Assembly (NCBI GenBank): GCA_038523235.1
Contig: JBCBJQ010000006.1
Span: forward strand, 1-64,000
Length of the DNA: 64,000 bases
From: Cyanobacteria bacterium J06626_4
GTDB lineage: Bacteria > Cyanobacteriota > Cyanobacteriia > Phormidesmidales > Phormidesmidaceae
Direction: 5' to 3'
The notes beneath the pieces were generated by a model. It saw nothing but the letters and a program-made list of their open reading frames with translations. It was not told the DNA's origin and ran no database searches. This document shows, in pieces, positions 9,657-19,389 of the stretch; position 1 is the first letter of the stretch, and each line of letters begins with the position of its first letter. The translations under genes and the position numbers were made by a program.

Positions 9657-10358
9657 ATGATGGCCACCATGATTTGGCTGGAAGGGATTCGTAAAACCTA
9701 CCGTCTGGGTGAAGTGGATGTGCCCGTGTTGAAGGGCATTGACCTCACGATTGAGGAAGGGGACTATGTCGCAATTATGGGAGCCTCCGGCTCCGGCAAA
9801 TCGACCCTGATGAACATTATTGGCTGCCTCGATCGCCCCTCAGCAGGCCACTATGGGCTCGAAGGACGCAACTTAACCACGCTGAGTAATGAAGGGCTGG
9901 CCTACATCCGCAATCAGCGCATTGGCTTTGTATTTCAGCAGTTCAATCTGCTGCCGCGCTCCACGGCCTTAGAAAACGTCATGCTACCCATGGTTTATGC
10001 CGGTGCAACTCGTCGGCAGCGACGCAAACAAGCCACAAGAGTTTTGACCCAGGTGGGGCTGGGCAATCGCCTAGACAACCGCCCCAGCCAACTCTCGGGG
10101 GGGCAACAGCAGCGGGTGGCGATCGCCCGTGCCCTCGTCAATCGTCCGGCTTTAGTGTTGGCTGACGAACCGACGGGTGCGCTAGACACCCAAACCTCTC
10201 ACGAAGTCATGGCCCTCTTTACCGAACTCAACCGCCAGGGCATTACCGTCATCATCGTGACCCATGAGCCTGACATTGCTGCCCAAACTCACCGGATTAT
10301 TCAGGTTCAAGATGGCCTACTACAAAGGGCAGGAAAAAATCAGAAAGATGGCCACTAG
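9657..10358 (+). CDS. ABC transporter ATP-binding protein (MacB/LolD-like)
   Basis: Walker [31 protein letters not shown]. Confidence 0.95.
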   Translation: MMATMIWLEGIRKTYRLGEVDVPVLKGIDLTIEEGDYVAIMGASGSGKSTLMNIIGCLDRPSAGHYGLEGRNLTTLSNEGLAYIRNQRIGFVFQQFNLLPRSTALENVMLPMVYAGATRRQRRKQATRVLTQVGLGNRLDNRPSQLSGGQQQRVAIARALVNRPALVLADEPTGALDTQTSHEVMALFTELNRQGITVIIVTHEPDIAAQTHRIIQVQDGLLQRAGKNQKDGH

Positions 10359-10464
10359 TACGCAACGGCGTCAGTTTGCATACCATTCATGACGGGCAAG
10401 GGGGCAGGGAGCAAGCGGAAGCAGAATCTGGAGGAATATCGAGACTTGTGCCATAGAGAACTAG
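10355..10464. mobile_element. Possible degenerate MITE bounded by CTAG
   Basis: Left end ctagtacgcaacggcgtcagt versus reverse complement of right end ctagttctctatggcacaagt (14/21 match). Confidence 0.3.
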
Positions 10465-10663
10465 GCCTTGTATCCTATCTGCTCACTAGCGCTTATCAAA
10501 ACAGTTTATTGCGTCAATTTGCTTCTCCATGTGGAGATGGCTTGAAGAGCGATCTCGATCACTCTGCTCACATACACAGCCTCGTTTGAATATGACTGGA
10601 CGATGCTACCTTCCATCAATAAGTTAGTGCTTATGGCTTCTACCTAAGTTGAGCTTTTGAAAA

Positions 10664-11122
10664 ATGATTCTAAAACTGCAGCCTCACATCGGTGTTGGGC
10701 CAATCCTACTGGGAATGAGAAGGGAAGAAGTGCGTACCTTGATGAGCAAAGCGGGATATCCGCTCTCATTTGAGAGACAATCCTTAGACTACTTCTTCAA
10801 AAGCTCTATTCAGACCGAATACCAAGCTGACGAAACTGTGTCGTTTATTGGAATCGCTTCTAACCAAGAAATCAATCTCGAATATCTAGGTGTAGATCTT
10901 TTCAGTATTACCGCATACGACGCATTTGAGCTGATTTCCAACTTGGAATCTAGAACTCACACGTATGATGATCGGGAATATCTTTTCCCGGATCAAATCA
11001 TCACTTTATATGATGCAGATCCTCAATATGACCACAAAGAAATCGTAGAACAAGCGGTTTGGGGACAAATTGGACTGGGGGATCAAAGATACTTAGATCT
11101 TTGCACCGATCTTCAGGGATAA
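10664..11122 (+). CDS. Hypothetical protein, AT-rich orphan (immunity-protein-like N-terminus)
   Basis: 152-aa ORF with visibly lower GC than neighbours and no HIP1; N-terminus PHIGVGPILLGMRREEVR. Confidence 0.7.
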   Translation: MILKLQPHIGVGPILLGMRREEVRTLMSKAGYPLSFERQSLDYFFKSSIQTEYQADETVSFIGIASNQEINLEYLGVDLFSITAYDAFELISNLESRTHTYDDREYLFPDQIITLYDADPQYDHKEIVEQAVWGQIGLGDQRYLDLCTDLQG

Positions 11123-11282
11123 AAATTAGCAAGCTCGAGTTCTATATGCTTCAGCAGATGACGATGAGCCACTGCTTAAATACCTGCAGGGTCTTTCCCT
11201 GCGCCAAGGCAGTCTCTTCATAGAGCGCTTCTGCCAATGCACGCGCATGGGCTTTTATTTTAATTTTTTGTCAGTCAAAAGC

Positions 11283-11320
11283 GCATGGCCCCCATCGCAA
11301 GTTTGCGATGGGGGCCATGC
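11283..11320 (-). terminator. Terminator hairpin downstream of ho1
   Basis: gcatggcccccatcgcaa-gt-ttgcgatgggggccatgc 18-bp perfect stem; short U-run follows on the minus strand. Confidence 0.75.
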
Positions 11321-11389
11321 CAAAGGGAAAAGTTGAGACCATAGTGAGCGAGAGCAATGCTCTCGACCACTGCCAGGTGGTAACTGAAC

Positions 11390-12106
11390 TTATTCAGCGG
11401 TGGCGAGCTCAGTGCTGCCGCGACGACGACGGTTCGCTAGCGTGTTAAATAGCATCTGACCGATCGCCTTCACCAAGTTGCCCTCAAGCTCTTGGAACAT
11501 TTCCATATTGAGGCCAAAGGCATCATTGGCTTCTTCCACAATTTGGTCAGCCATCGCTTCACTGACGTCGATTTCATCGAGCGACTGGCGATAGGTGGCC
11601 TTAAACGCCTTCTCGTCGTCAATGGCGTCAAATTCATAAAACGCGGTGCCTTCCCCCTCTGACAGGTTCATGGCGCGCTGAGCAATGCCCTTAAGAATCT
11701 GCCCACCAGACAAATCGCCTAAGTAGCGCGTGTAGGAATGCCCCACCAGCAGCTCCGGCTGGTTATTGGCCACTTCGCGAATGCGATCGACGTACTTCTG
11801 CCCTGATGTCGACGGGCTGATTTGCTCTTGCCAGTTGGCCCCGTAGTAATAATGCAAGTCTTGCTCTAAGGTTTGCTTGCGATGCAGCTCGGGGAAATAG
11901 ACCTTCGAGACGACGGGGTGGTCTTTATGGCGCTCTAATTCTTCTTCCATTGCGGTGTAAGCAAAGTAGAAGTTAGCGACGAGCTTACGATAGGAATTCT
12001 TTTCTACGACACCACGTAGAAAGCATCGGACGAAGCCGACGTTTTCAGCCATCGTGTGGGCTTTCTTAGTACCTTCTCGAAGCTGACTTGCTAAATTACT
12101 GCTCAT
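11390..12106 (-). CDS. ho1: Heme oxygenase (biliverdin-producing)
   Basis: MSSNLASQLREGTKKAHTMAENVGF; HSYTRYLGDLSGGQILK; typical cyanobacterial HO1/PbsA. Confidence 0.95.
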   Translation of the reverse strand: MSSNLASQLREGTKKAHTMAENVGFVRCFLRGVVEKNSYRKLVANFYFAYTAMEEELERHKDHPVVSKVYFPELHRKQTLEQDLHYYYGANWQEQISPSTSGQKYVDRIREVANNQPELLVGHSYTRYLGDLSGGQILKGIAQRAMNLSEGEGTAFYEFDAIDDEKAFKATYRQSLDEIDVSEAMADQIVEEANDAFGLNMEMFQELEGNLVKAIGQMLFNTLANRRRRGSTELATAE

Positions 12107-12383
12107 GCTCAAGATTCCAATGTGTATTTAAGCCGATATGGCGGCGGCGTCCTTAAATAAAGATTTAAAGCCATAACCGTTACAGTAAGGGGGATTGATG
12201 AGGGTTTTCATTACATTTTTTTACGCCCAGATACATATAGTTACCTAATCTCGTGCCTGCGAGGCGGCGACGGTCACGCTCAAGGCTAAGACGGTAGCCC
12301 AACAGACTATTCGGCAGCCGCCAAATAAATCTGCTTGACGTTTGTTCACATAAGGCCAGGCCAAACTCAGCTACAGGCGATCG

Positions 12384-13073
12384 CTACAGGGGCCACGGCT
12401 CAACGGGCAGCTCACTGCGACTGCGATCGCGATCAATCGCCGACAAAACTTGGTTGGCCGCCCGCTCTGACCGCAAACATTGAATCACCAGATCGGCCAC
12501 ATCCAGACGGCTGATGCTGCCCGCCGCGCGAACATCCGCCGTCAGGAGTCCATGACCACTCGCGGGCTCGTTGAGCAAACCACCCGGACGCACAATCGTA
12601 AACGGCAACCCGCTGGCGAGCAGATGTTCTTCCGCTTTGGCCTTGGCCAGCAGGGCCGGACGGAGCGTATCGAGCACTTGGGCGGGCAGGGCGATCGCGC
12701 TCTCCCGCACGCCAATGGAAGACACCAATAAGAATCGCTCACATCGCAGTGGCTTGGCCGCATCAATCAAATGGCGATTGCCCAAATAATCGGAGCGCGG
12801 TTCATCGCGGGTCATGCCTTTGCCACCAATCGTCGTCACCACAGCAAAGGGGGCATCGCCAAAGCCCTGCAAGGCTGTCGTCATTTGCGCAGCATCCAGG
12901 GCATCGCCCAACTGCACTTGGGCTCCCAGCGCTTCGAGGTGCGATCGGGTATCATCCGTCCTAATCAGCGCTGTGACGGTGTAGCCGTGAGCTCGGAGTC
13001 CTTTCACAACCTCAAAACCGACGCCGCGACTGGCTCCGGCCACAAAACAATTCGGCAGCGTAGATTGTGTCAT
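12384..13073 (-). CDS. Atypical SDR / NAD(P)H-binding oxidoreductase
   Basis: FVAGASRGVG Rossmann motif; LVSSIG; AEEHLLASGLPFTIVRPGGL; ISRLDVA; ATG 13073 preferred. Confidence 0.88.
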   Translation of the reverse strand: MTQSTLPNCFVAGASRGVGFEVVKGLRAHGYTVTALIRTDDTRSHLEALGAQVQLGDALDAAQMTTALQGFGDAPFAVVTTIGGKGMTRDEPRSDYLGNRHLIDAAKPLRCERFLLVSSIGVRESAIALPAQVLDTLRPALLAKAKAEEHLLASGLPFTIVRPGGLLNEPASGHGLLTADVRAAGSISRLDVADLVIQCLRSERAANQVLSAIDRDRSRSELPVEPWPL

Positions 13074-13372
13074 AACGGTCTCAGTAGTACCTGATAAATA
13101 ATGCCTTTGGCAGAATGACTGCTTGGTTAGAACTGACGCATAGCCCCCTTGCATCCTCCAATTCTGGGGGAAATTGCATCCGGTTGCCCCAGAATTGGGG
13201 GCTCGGGGGCCAAAACCGGATGCCACTGAGTAAGTCCGGTTGGTTTAAGCTTAGCGGGGACTGATCGCTCGGGGCTACACCGTTTAGCGGGTTGGTAGCG
13301 TTGCCAGTGCCTCGCTACCACCTTCACTTCCTGTTCACGCTTGATGTCCTTTTGTGATGACGCCTCCTTGCG

Positions 13373-13963
13373 ATGACGCTGATTATTTGCCCTGGCATGC
13401 ATTCTGTAGCCTTGAGCGATCGCTTTATCGCTGCCCTCCAGCGTCAGTTACAGGCAAATTCTCCACGCCCCAAACCGCCACGCCCTCAGCCGGTAGGCCT
13501 GTTGCCGACACAGCGCTACGCTCCCTTCAGCGGCTTTTCTGTCTGGTCATATCTGCAGACAGTAGCGGCTCCCCCCGTGCCCTTGGTGCTCATCGGCTTT
13601 AGCGCGGGTGTGGCCGGAGCGCTTGCTGCCGCGCAGCTGTGGCAAGCGCAGGGGCGGACGGTAGCGGCGCTGATTGCGATCGATGGCTGGGGCGTGCCGC
13701 AGCTGGGTGATTTTCCATTGCATCGCATTAGTCACGACCACTTCACCCATTGGAGTTCAGCGCTCTTAGGGGCGGGCCATGACAGCTTCTACGCTGACCC
13801 ACCCGTAGCGCATTTAGACCTGTGGCAAGCCCCCGATCGCACATCGGGATGGTGGCTGTCGGATCCGGCAGTGCCCTCATCGCCCGGGCGCACCACCGCG
13901 ATCGCCTGCATTGCCCAACTGCTGCGGCAATATGGCTGCGGCACTCAGCTAGAGCGCCTTTAG
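13373..13963 (+). CDS. Conserved cyanobacterial alpha/beta-hydrolase-fold protein
   Basis: ICPGMH; nucleophile elbow GFSAG; AIDGWGV; SHDHFTH. Confidence 0.75.
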   Translation: MTLIICPGMHSVALSDRFIAALQRQLQANSPRPKPPRPQPVGLLPTQRYAPFSGFSVWSYLQTVAAPPVPLVLIGFSAGVAGALAAAQLWQAQGRTVAALIAIDGWGVPQLGDFPLHRISHDHFTHWSSALLGAGHDSFYADPPVAHLDLWQAPDRTSGWWLSDPAVPSSPGRTTAIACIAQLLRQYGCGTQLERL

Positions 13964-14952
13964 GATCGGACGGCGGTGCTCTGAGGGGGCGTAGTAGTCA
14001 GATGGGTCTGCGGCGTCAGCAACTCGCGCTCGATCGCCTGAATGTAACCGGCGATTGCATGGGCCAGGGTGGTTTTGGGTTTACGCAGCCGCAAGGTGAG
14101 AAAAAACAAAATGGCATCTAAGTGCAGCAACAAAATAACGACCAGATCGTTGCGCATCTGCCGTTTACCGGACACTCGACCGCGCACCGGGTCGAAATAG
14201 ACCAACTGCTCAATATGGGTGTAATTAAACAACGGCGGCACTCGCGGCACAATGTCGTCGCCGTGGACGCAGCGGTAGGAGCGATCGCGCAAAACCGTCG
14301 TAATTTTTTGACTGAGGGGATGATTGACCACGCGAGGGCTACCAAAGGTGTAGAGATAAATGTCGGGGTGATAGGTCGCGGCATGGTAGGCCATCAGGGT
14401 CGCGATCGCACCGCCTAAGCTGTGCCCCGCCACAAATAACGGCATTTCTTGACCGCAGATTTTATCGTGAATAACGTCGCTGACGCCCCGTGGCCCCACC
14501 CATTCACTCTCATCCATTTGATTTTGAATCGCATGGGGCAGGGCCGAACCCCAAATCGACTGAAACGCCTGCAAAAATCCGGCATGGGCAAATAATGGCC
14601 CTTCGCCATAGGTCTTATCGGCTAAATCGGGCAGCTTGTTCCGAAAAATGATGATATCCGTGAGGATGTCGATGTAGTTTTTTTCTGTGCCGCGAAACGC
14701 CAGCGCCGCAAATCGCTGCCCGTTGCCTGGATGCAGGGCCAAAAAGCCTTGCGTGCCACGCATATCAAAGTAGTAAAGGCGATCGAACCCAGCCCGTTGC
14801 AAGTTCGTCGCGATGTTGAGCTTCGAATCGTAGGCCAACCACGAACATTGGGCCAGCCACCAAGCAGTATGCGGCTCATAATTCCCGCTTTTAGTGGGCA
14901 GCGCGATGTTTTCGCAATTAGCAAAATAGGGGGGAGAAGACGGAGTATTCAT
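13960..14952 (-). CDS. Class 3 lipase family protein
   Basis: AFRGT, AHAGF, GHSLGGA, YTFGSPRV, DIVPRVP. Confidence 0.92.
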   Translation of the reverse strand: MNTPSSPPYFANCENIALPTKSGNYEPHTAWWLAQCSWLAYDSKLNIATNLQRAGFDRLYYFDMRGTQGFLALHPGNGQRFAALAFRGTEKNYIDILTDIIIFRNKLPDLADKTYGEGPLFAHAGFLQAFQSIWGSALPHAIQNQMDESEWVGPRGVSDVIHDKICGQEMPLFVAGHSLGGAIATLMAYHAATYHPDIYLYTFGSPRVVNHPLSQKITTVLRDRSYRCVHGDDIVPRVPPLFNYTHIEQLVYFDPVRGRVSGKRQMRNDLVVILLLHLDAILFFLTLRLRKPKTTLAHAIAGYIQAIERELLTPQTHLTTTPPQSTAVRS

Positions 14953-15068
14953 ACGGCAAGAACTGAGGTAGATGCGACCAAAACCAATAGCTCCAGCATA
15001 GGCGCGGGGGCCTCTCGTAATGGCAAAGTGTTGTAATCAGAAAAATAGATCTTGAGAGGTTTGGGCCG

Positions 15069-16145
15069 GTGGCAAGGGTTCCTTCATGGCTTCGCAACCA
15101 GCGGCGATCGCGGATATTCTTGGGGGTTTTCAGCTGCCTGATTATCCTCGTGCTGCCATTTTCTTCGGTCGCGATCGCCAATATGGCTTCCCCTTCACGG
15201 GCCGGTGATTTGCTCAGCGAACCCTGGGCCGATGTCAGCACCCTCGACATTCTCCACGAAGATTTGGTCTTCGATTTGCGCCCCCTCGCGGCACAAGAGC
15301 CCGCCCAAATCGCCGCGACCTATCAAATCAATAATCCTGGTGCGGCCACGGCGATCGAGCTGCTATTTGTCGCCCCAGGATTAGCCACTGGGCAAGTGCT
15401 GTTGAACGATCAGCAAGAAATCGCCGCCACCCGCATCGAAGCCCCTGAAATTCCCACAGAGTGGAACATTGATGGCCCGCAGCCCGTGAGTGGCTTACAG
15501 TTTCAGGTGCCCTTGAGCCCTGGCGAACAGGCGATCACCGTGCAGTACACCGGCCAGCCTGACAGCGACGATCGCGATATTTACCGGGTTTATGACCTGA
15601 CCTATTGGCTATCGCCCGCCCGCCAGTGGCGCTCCTTCGGCACGCTCACCGTTGATGTGTTCGCCCCTGCCGGTTGGCAGGCTGAGTTTGCGCCCGACCT
15701 GCCATTGCTCAATCAGCAGCATTGGCAAGCCACCTTCACCGGGCTACCCGCCGATCAGCTCACGTTAACCACCTATCTAACCCCATCTCGATGGCTGAGC
15801 CTGCTGCGGTTAGCGTTACTGGGGGCTGGTTTAGCGGCGGCGGCAGTCATCACCTGGCGAGCGTACTATCGGCTGGGGCGCTTCTCTCAACACGCCCAGT
15901 GGTCAGGGGGCTTGCTGGTGCTGGCCTGTTTATTCTGTATCCCCCTCAGCATTCCGCTGGTGTGGGGCATTTCAGCGTTAGGAGCCGGGGCCGCTGAACA
16001 ATTATTAGACCAGCAGCAGTTAGCTGTGGGCTACAGCTATAGTCGAGCCATCTTGTGGGTGATCGTGGGGTTGATGGAAGCGCTCATTGCGCCCGTAATC
16101 GCCAGTGTGCGATTTGGGGCTGGACGCCGGGCGGCTCAAAACTGA
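15069..16145 (+). CDS. Hypothetical membrane protein (exported beta-rich domain plus C-terminal TM helices)
   Basis: Signal-like N-terminus ending AIA-N; soluble domain; about 3 C-terminal TM segments. Confidence 0.7.
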   Translation: MARVPSWLRNQRRSRIFLGVFSCLIILVLPFSSVAIANMASPSRAGDLLSEPWADVSTLDILHEDLVFDLRPLAAQEPAQIAATYQINNPGAATAIELLFVAPGLATGQVLLNDQQEIAATRIEAPEIPTEWNIDGPQPVSGLQFQVPLSPGEQAITVQYTGQPDSDDRDIYRVYDLTYWLSPARQWRSFGTLTVDVFAPAGWQAEFAPDLPLLNQQHWQATFTGLPADQLTLTTYLTPSRWLSLLRLALLGAGLAAAAVITWRAYYRLGRFSQHAQWSGGLLVLACLFCIPLSIPLVWGISALGAGAAEQLLDQQQLAVGYSYSRAILWVIVGLMEALIAPVIASVRFGAGRRAAQN

Positions 16146-16423
16146 TTTCCAGGGATGAGCGCCCACGCTTGCTCAAACCGATGCCCACGCTAGTCATTTG
16201 CAGGCAAATTAGGGCATTCGAGTTTGGGTAGCGATCGCCCGCCCCATTCCGAACAAATTTGTTGGCGAAAAAGAAATTCAGCGATCGGCCATCATCTCGC
16301 CAGCCGTGATCTAAAACACAAAAGCGGCAGAAAGTCTTGATCCCCCCTTGCCAATGGGGACTCACCATCACACACTGAAAGGTGTAAATCCAAGGGTAGT
16401 CACTGGCAGTTGCGAGGTTCCTG

Positions 16424-17713
16424 GTGAAAAGAGTTTTATCTATCATCCTTGGTGGAGGGGCCGGTACCCGCCTTTACCCACTCACCAAGTTTCGAGCAAA
16501 GCCAGCAGTGTCTCTAGCGGGTAAATATCGTTTGATTGATATTCCCGTTAGTAACTGCATTAATTCCGAAATTCATAAAATCTACGTTCTGACGCAATTC
16601 AATTCGGCGTCTTTGAATCGTCACATTTCGCGAACCTATCAATTCTCTCAATTTAGTGAGGGGTTTGTTGAGGTATTGGCCGCGCAGCAGACCCCCGATA
16701 GCCCCAGCTGGTTTCAGGGCACCGCTGACGCTGTGCGCAAGTATCTGTGGATGCTCAAAGATTGGGATGTCGATGAATTTCTCATTCTGTCAGGTGACCA
16801 TCTTTATCGGATGGATTACTCGCTGTTTATCGAGCGTCATCGCAGCACCAACGCGGACATGACCCTGTCAGTGGTGCCCGTCACCGAAAAGTTGGCCTCC
16901 AGCTTTGGCTTGATGAAAATCGATGCCGCTGGCCGCGTAGTCGATTTTTCAGAAAAACCTAAAGGCGATGCTCTGAAGCAAATGCAGGTAGATACATCGA
17001 CCCTCGGGTTAACGCCAGAGCAGGCCAAAGAGAACCCCTACATTGCTTCAATGGGTATTTACGTCTTTAAGAAAGACGTCCTGATCGATTTGCTGCGCAA
17101 CAATCCTGAGCAAACGGACTTTGGCAAAGAGATCATTCCTCACTCGGCCAAAGACTACAACGTTCAGGCGTATCTGTTTGACGGCTACTGGGAAGATATT
17201 GGAACGATTGAGGCCTTTTATCACGCGAATCTGGCGTTGACGATACAGCCCCAGCCACCGTTCAGCTTTTACCAAGAAAATGCGCCGATCTATACGCGAT
17301 CGCGCTATTTGCCGCCCAGCAAACTGCTCGACTGTCACGTTACCGAATCGATCATTGGCGACGGCAGTATCTTAAAAGACTGCCGGGTCAGTCACTCTGT
17401 CATTGGCTTACGACAGCGGATACAGGGCAACTGCGTCATCGAAGATGCCTTGCTGATGGGGGCTGATTTTTATGAGCCGCTGTCAGAGAGCAGCAAGCAC
17501 CTGACTCGGGGCAAAATACCCATTGGCATTGGTGAGGGCTCGGTTATCCGCAAGGCCATCATCGACAAAAATGCTCGCATTGGTCGCAATGTCCAAATTG
17601 TGAATAAGGAAAACGTCGAGGAGTCCGAACGCGAAGATCTCGGTTTCTACATTCGCAGTGGCATCGTGGTCATTCTCAAAAACGCGGTGATTCCTGACGG
17701 CATGGTGATTTAA
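16424..17713 (+). CDS. glgC: Glucose-1-phosphate adenylyltransferase
   Basis: [47 protein letters not shown]. Confidence 0.98.
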   Translation: MKRVLSIILGGGAGTRLYPLTKFRAKPAVSLAGKYRLIDIPVSNCINSEIHKIYVLTQFNSASLNRHISRTYQFSQFSEGFVEVLAAQQTPDSPSWFQGTADAVRKYLWMLKDWDVDEFLILSGDHLYRMDYSLFIERHRSTNADMTLSVVPVTEKLASSFGLMKIDAAGRVVDFSEKPKGDALKQMQVDTSTLGLTPEQAKENPYIASMGIYVFKKDVLIDLLRNNPEQTDFGKEIIPHSAKDYNVQAYLFDGYWEDIGTIEAFYHANLALTIQPQPPFSFYQENAPIYTRSRYLPPSKLLDCHVTESIIGDGSILKDCRVSHSVIGLRQRIQGNCVIEDALLMGADFYEPLSESSKHLTRGKIPIGIGEGSVIRKAIIDKNARIGRNVQIVNKENVEESEREDLGFYIRSGIVVILKNAVIPDGMVI

Positions 17714-17759
17714 GCCACTGGGTCTTGCAACCAGCCTGAAATCAGCCTGAATAACGTGA

Positions 17760-17810
17760 TAGCGGCTATGCATTTTCTCTCTTGAGAAAGCGCGTAGCCG
17801 CTAATTTTTT
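17760..17810 (+). terminator. Rho-independent terminator of glgC
   Basis: tagcggctatgc...gcgtagccgcta stem followed by atttttt. Confidence 0.75.
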
Positions 17811-17874
17811 GTGGGCACAGCAGAATGCGGAATGTACAGCAACGTTAATTAGGGTTAAGCAACTGAGCAGTATT

Positions 17875-17955
17875 TTCCCCTCCATCAGAGGGGTGTCCGT
17901 AGGACGGGGTGGGTTTTCTGATGTGTTTGCCCCCTAGACCCTCCCGAGAGGGGAA
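17875..17955. repeat. REP-like palindrome pair (ttcccctc...gagggg...ggggtgggt plus inverted partner)
   Basis: Two inverted GC-rich palindromic units; a related unit lies at 60117-60148. Confidence 0.55.
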
Positions 17956-18009
17956 TTGCCCTGGTCATCAACGAGCCTGATGTAATCAGAAGCTTATCCC
18001 GAACTCAGG

Positions 18010-19362
18010 TTAGGCCAGCATCGTTTGGCAAAGGCGGCGGAAATGATCGCCGCGCACTTCGAAGTTGGGATATTGATCAAAGCTGGCGCAGGCCGGTGAT
18101 AGCAATACCGTTTGAGCGCCGAGTTGGGGGGCGAGTTCGGCGCTGCGGCGCACGGCCTGCTCCATCGTTTCGACAATTTCATAGGAGTCATAGCCAATCG
18201 CGCTCAGTCGTTGAGCAAAGGTCTCAGCAGCATTACCAATCAGCAAAACACTCACGGCCTTAGCTTGAATCTCGCTGAGCCAGGCGGCATCATCCCCCGC
18301 TTTGGCCTCGCCCCCGGCAATCAAAATGGCCGGAGCGGGCACGGCCTGTAGCCCTACCACGGCCGCATCGTAGTTGGTCGCCTTGCTGTCATTGATATAG
18401 GCGACGCCCTGCCAGGTGCCCACCGCTTCCAAACGGTGAGGCACGCCAGGGAAGGTTTTTACCCCTTGAGCGATCGCGCTAGGCACCAATCCGGCCAAGT
18501 GAGCGGCAGCAACAGCCATGAGTAGATTCTGTTGATTGTGCTCGCCGACCATGTTGAGCGCAGCCACAGCCACGATAGACGTGCCAGCCACTTTGACCCA
18601 GCCCGCTTCGATATAGGCCAGGGGCACCAGGGGCGCGATCGCCTCAGGGCCTTGCGTACTCGTCCAATAGGCATCGGGAAACTGCGCTGCCGCCTGGGTG
18701 CGCAGGGTCGGATCATCGCCGTTGAGCACTGCCCGCTTCGATTGGTGCAGCAGCTTGGCTTTGATCTGAAAATAGTTGTCGAGGGTTTTGTGGCGGGCCA
18801 AATGATCGGGCGTAAAGGTTGTCCACAGACCGATGTCAGGTGACAGGGTGGATGCCGCTTCAATTTGGTAGCTGCTGAGTTCAGCAATCACCCAATCGGG
18901 ATGGGTGGGCGCGAGGGCCAATTCACCAATTGCCTCGCCAATGTTGCCGCAGGCGGGGGCGCTCAGTCCGGCAGCTTGAAAGATCGCGGCGGTCAGGGCC
19001 GTAACAGTCGTCTTGCCGTTGGTACCGGTGATGCCCACCCAGGGGCGATCGCGCAGATGACGCCAGGCCAGTTCTGCCTCCCCAATTACCTCAATCCCCT
19101 GCGCCCGCGCCGCCACCAGAGGGGGAATGTCCCACGGTACACCAGGGCTAACGACGACCAAATCAGCAGGATCGGCATTGATAGCAAAGCTGTGGTCGAG
19201 GCAAACCGTGATCCCGGCTGCTGTTAGCGGTGGAATGGCAGCCTGCATTAGAGGCTGGGAATTGCGATCGCTGAGCACAACGGCCCAATCGGCCTGCTGC
19301 AATAGCTTGGCCGCGGCAATGCCAGAGCGACCTAACCCAATCACATGAGCGCGTTTTTCCAT
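18010..19362 (-). CDS. murD: UDP-N-acetylmuramoyl-L-alanine--D-glutamate ligase
   Basis: [48 protein letters not shown]. Confidence 0.97.
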   Translation of the reverse strand: MEKRAHVIGLGRSGIAAAKLLQQADWAVVLSDRNSQPLMQAAIPPLTAAGITVCLDHSFAINADPADLVVVSPGVPWDIPPLVAARAQGIEVIGEAELAWRHLRDRPWVGITGTNGKTTVTALTAAIFQAAGLSAPACGNIGEAIGELALAPTHPDWVIAELSSYQIEAASTLSPDIGLWTTFTPDHLARHKTLDNYFQIKAKLLHQSKRAVLNGDDPTLRTQAAAQFPDAYWTSTQGPEAIAPLVPLAYIEAGWVKVAGTSIVAVAALNMVGEHNQQNLLMAVAAAHLAGLVPSAIAQGVKTFPGVPHRLEAVGTWQGVAYINDSKATNYDAAVVGLQAVPAPAILIAGGEAKAGDDAAWLSEIQAKAVSVLLIGNAAETFAQRLSAIGYDSYEIVETMEQAVRRSAELAPQLGAQTVLLSPACASFDQYPNFEVRGDHFRRLCQTMLA

Positions 19363-19389
19363 AATTTCGGATAGTTGGGGTAGCCCTGA

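Noticed and set aside
12210..12227. HLR1/RpaB site upstream of ho1
   Set aside because: Second half-site matches only 5 of 8 positions; too weak to call
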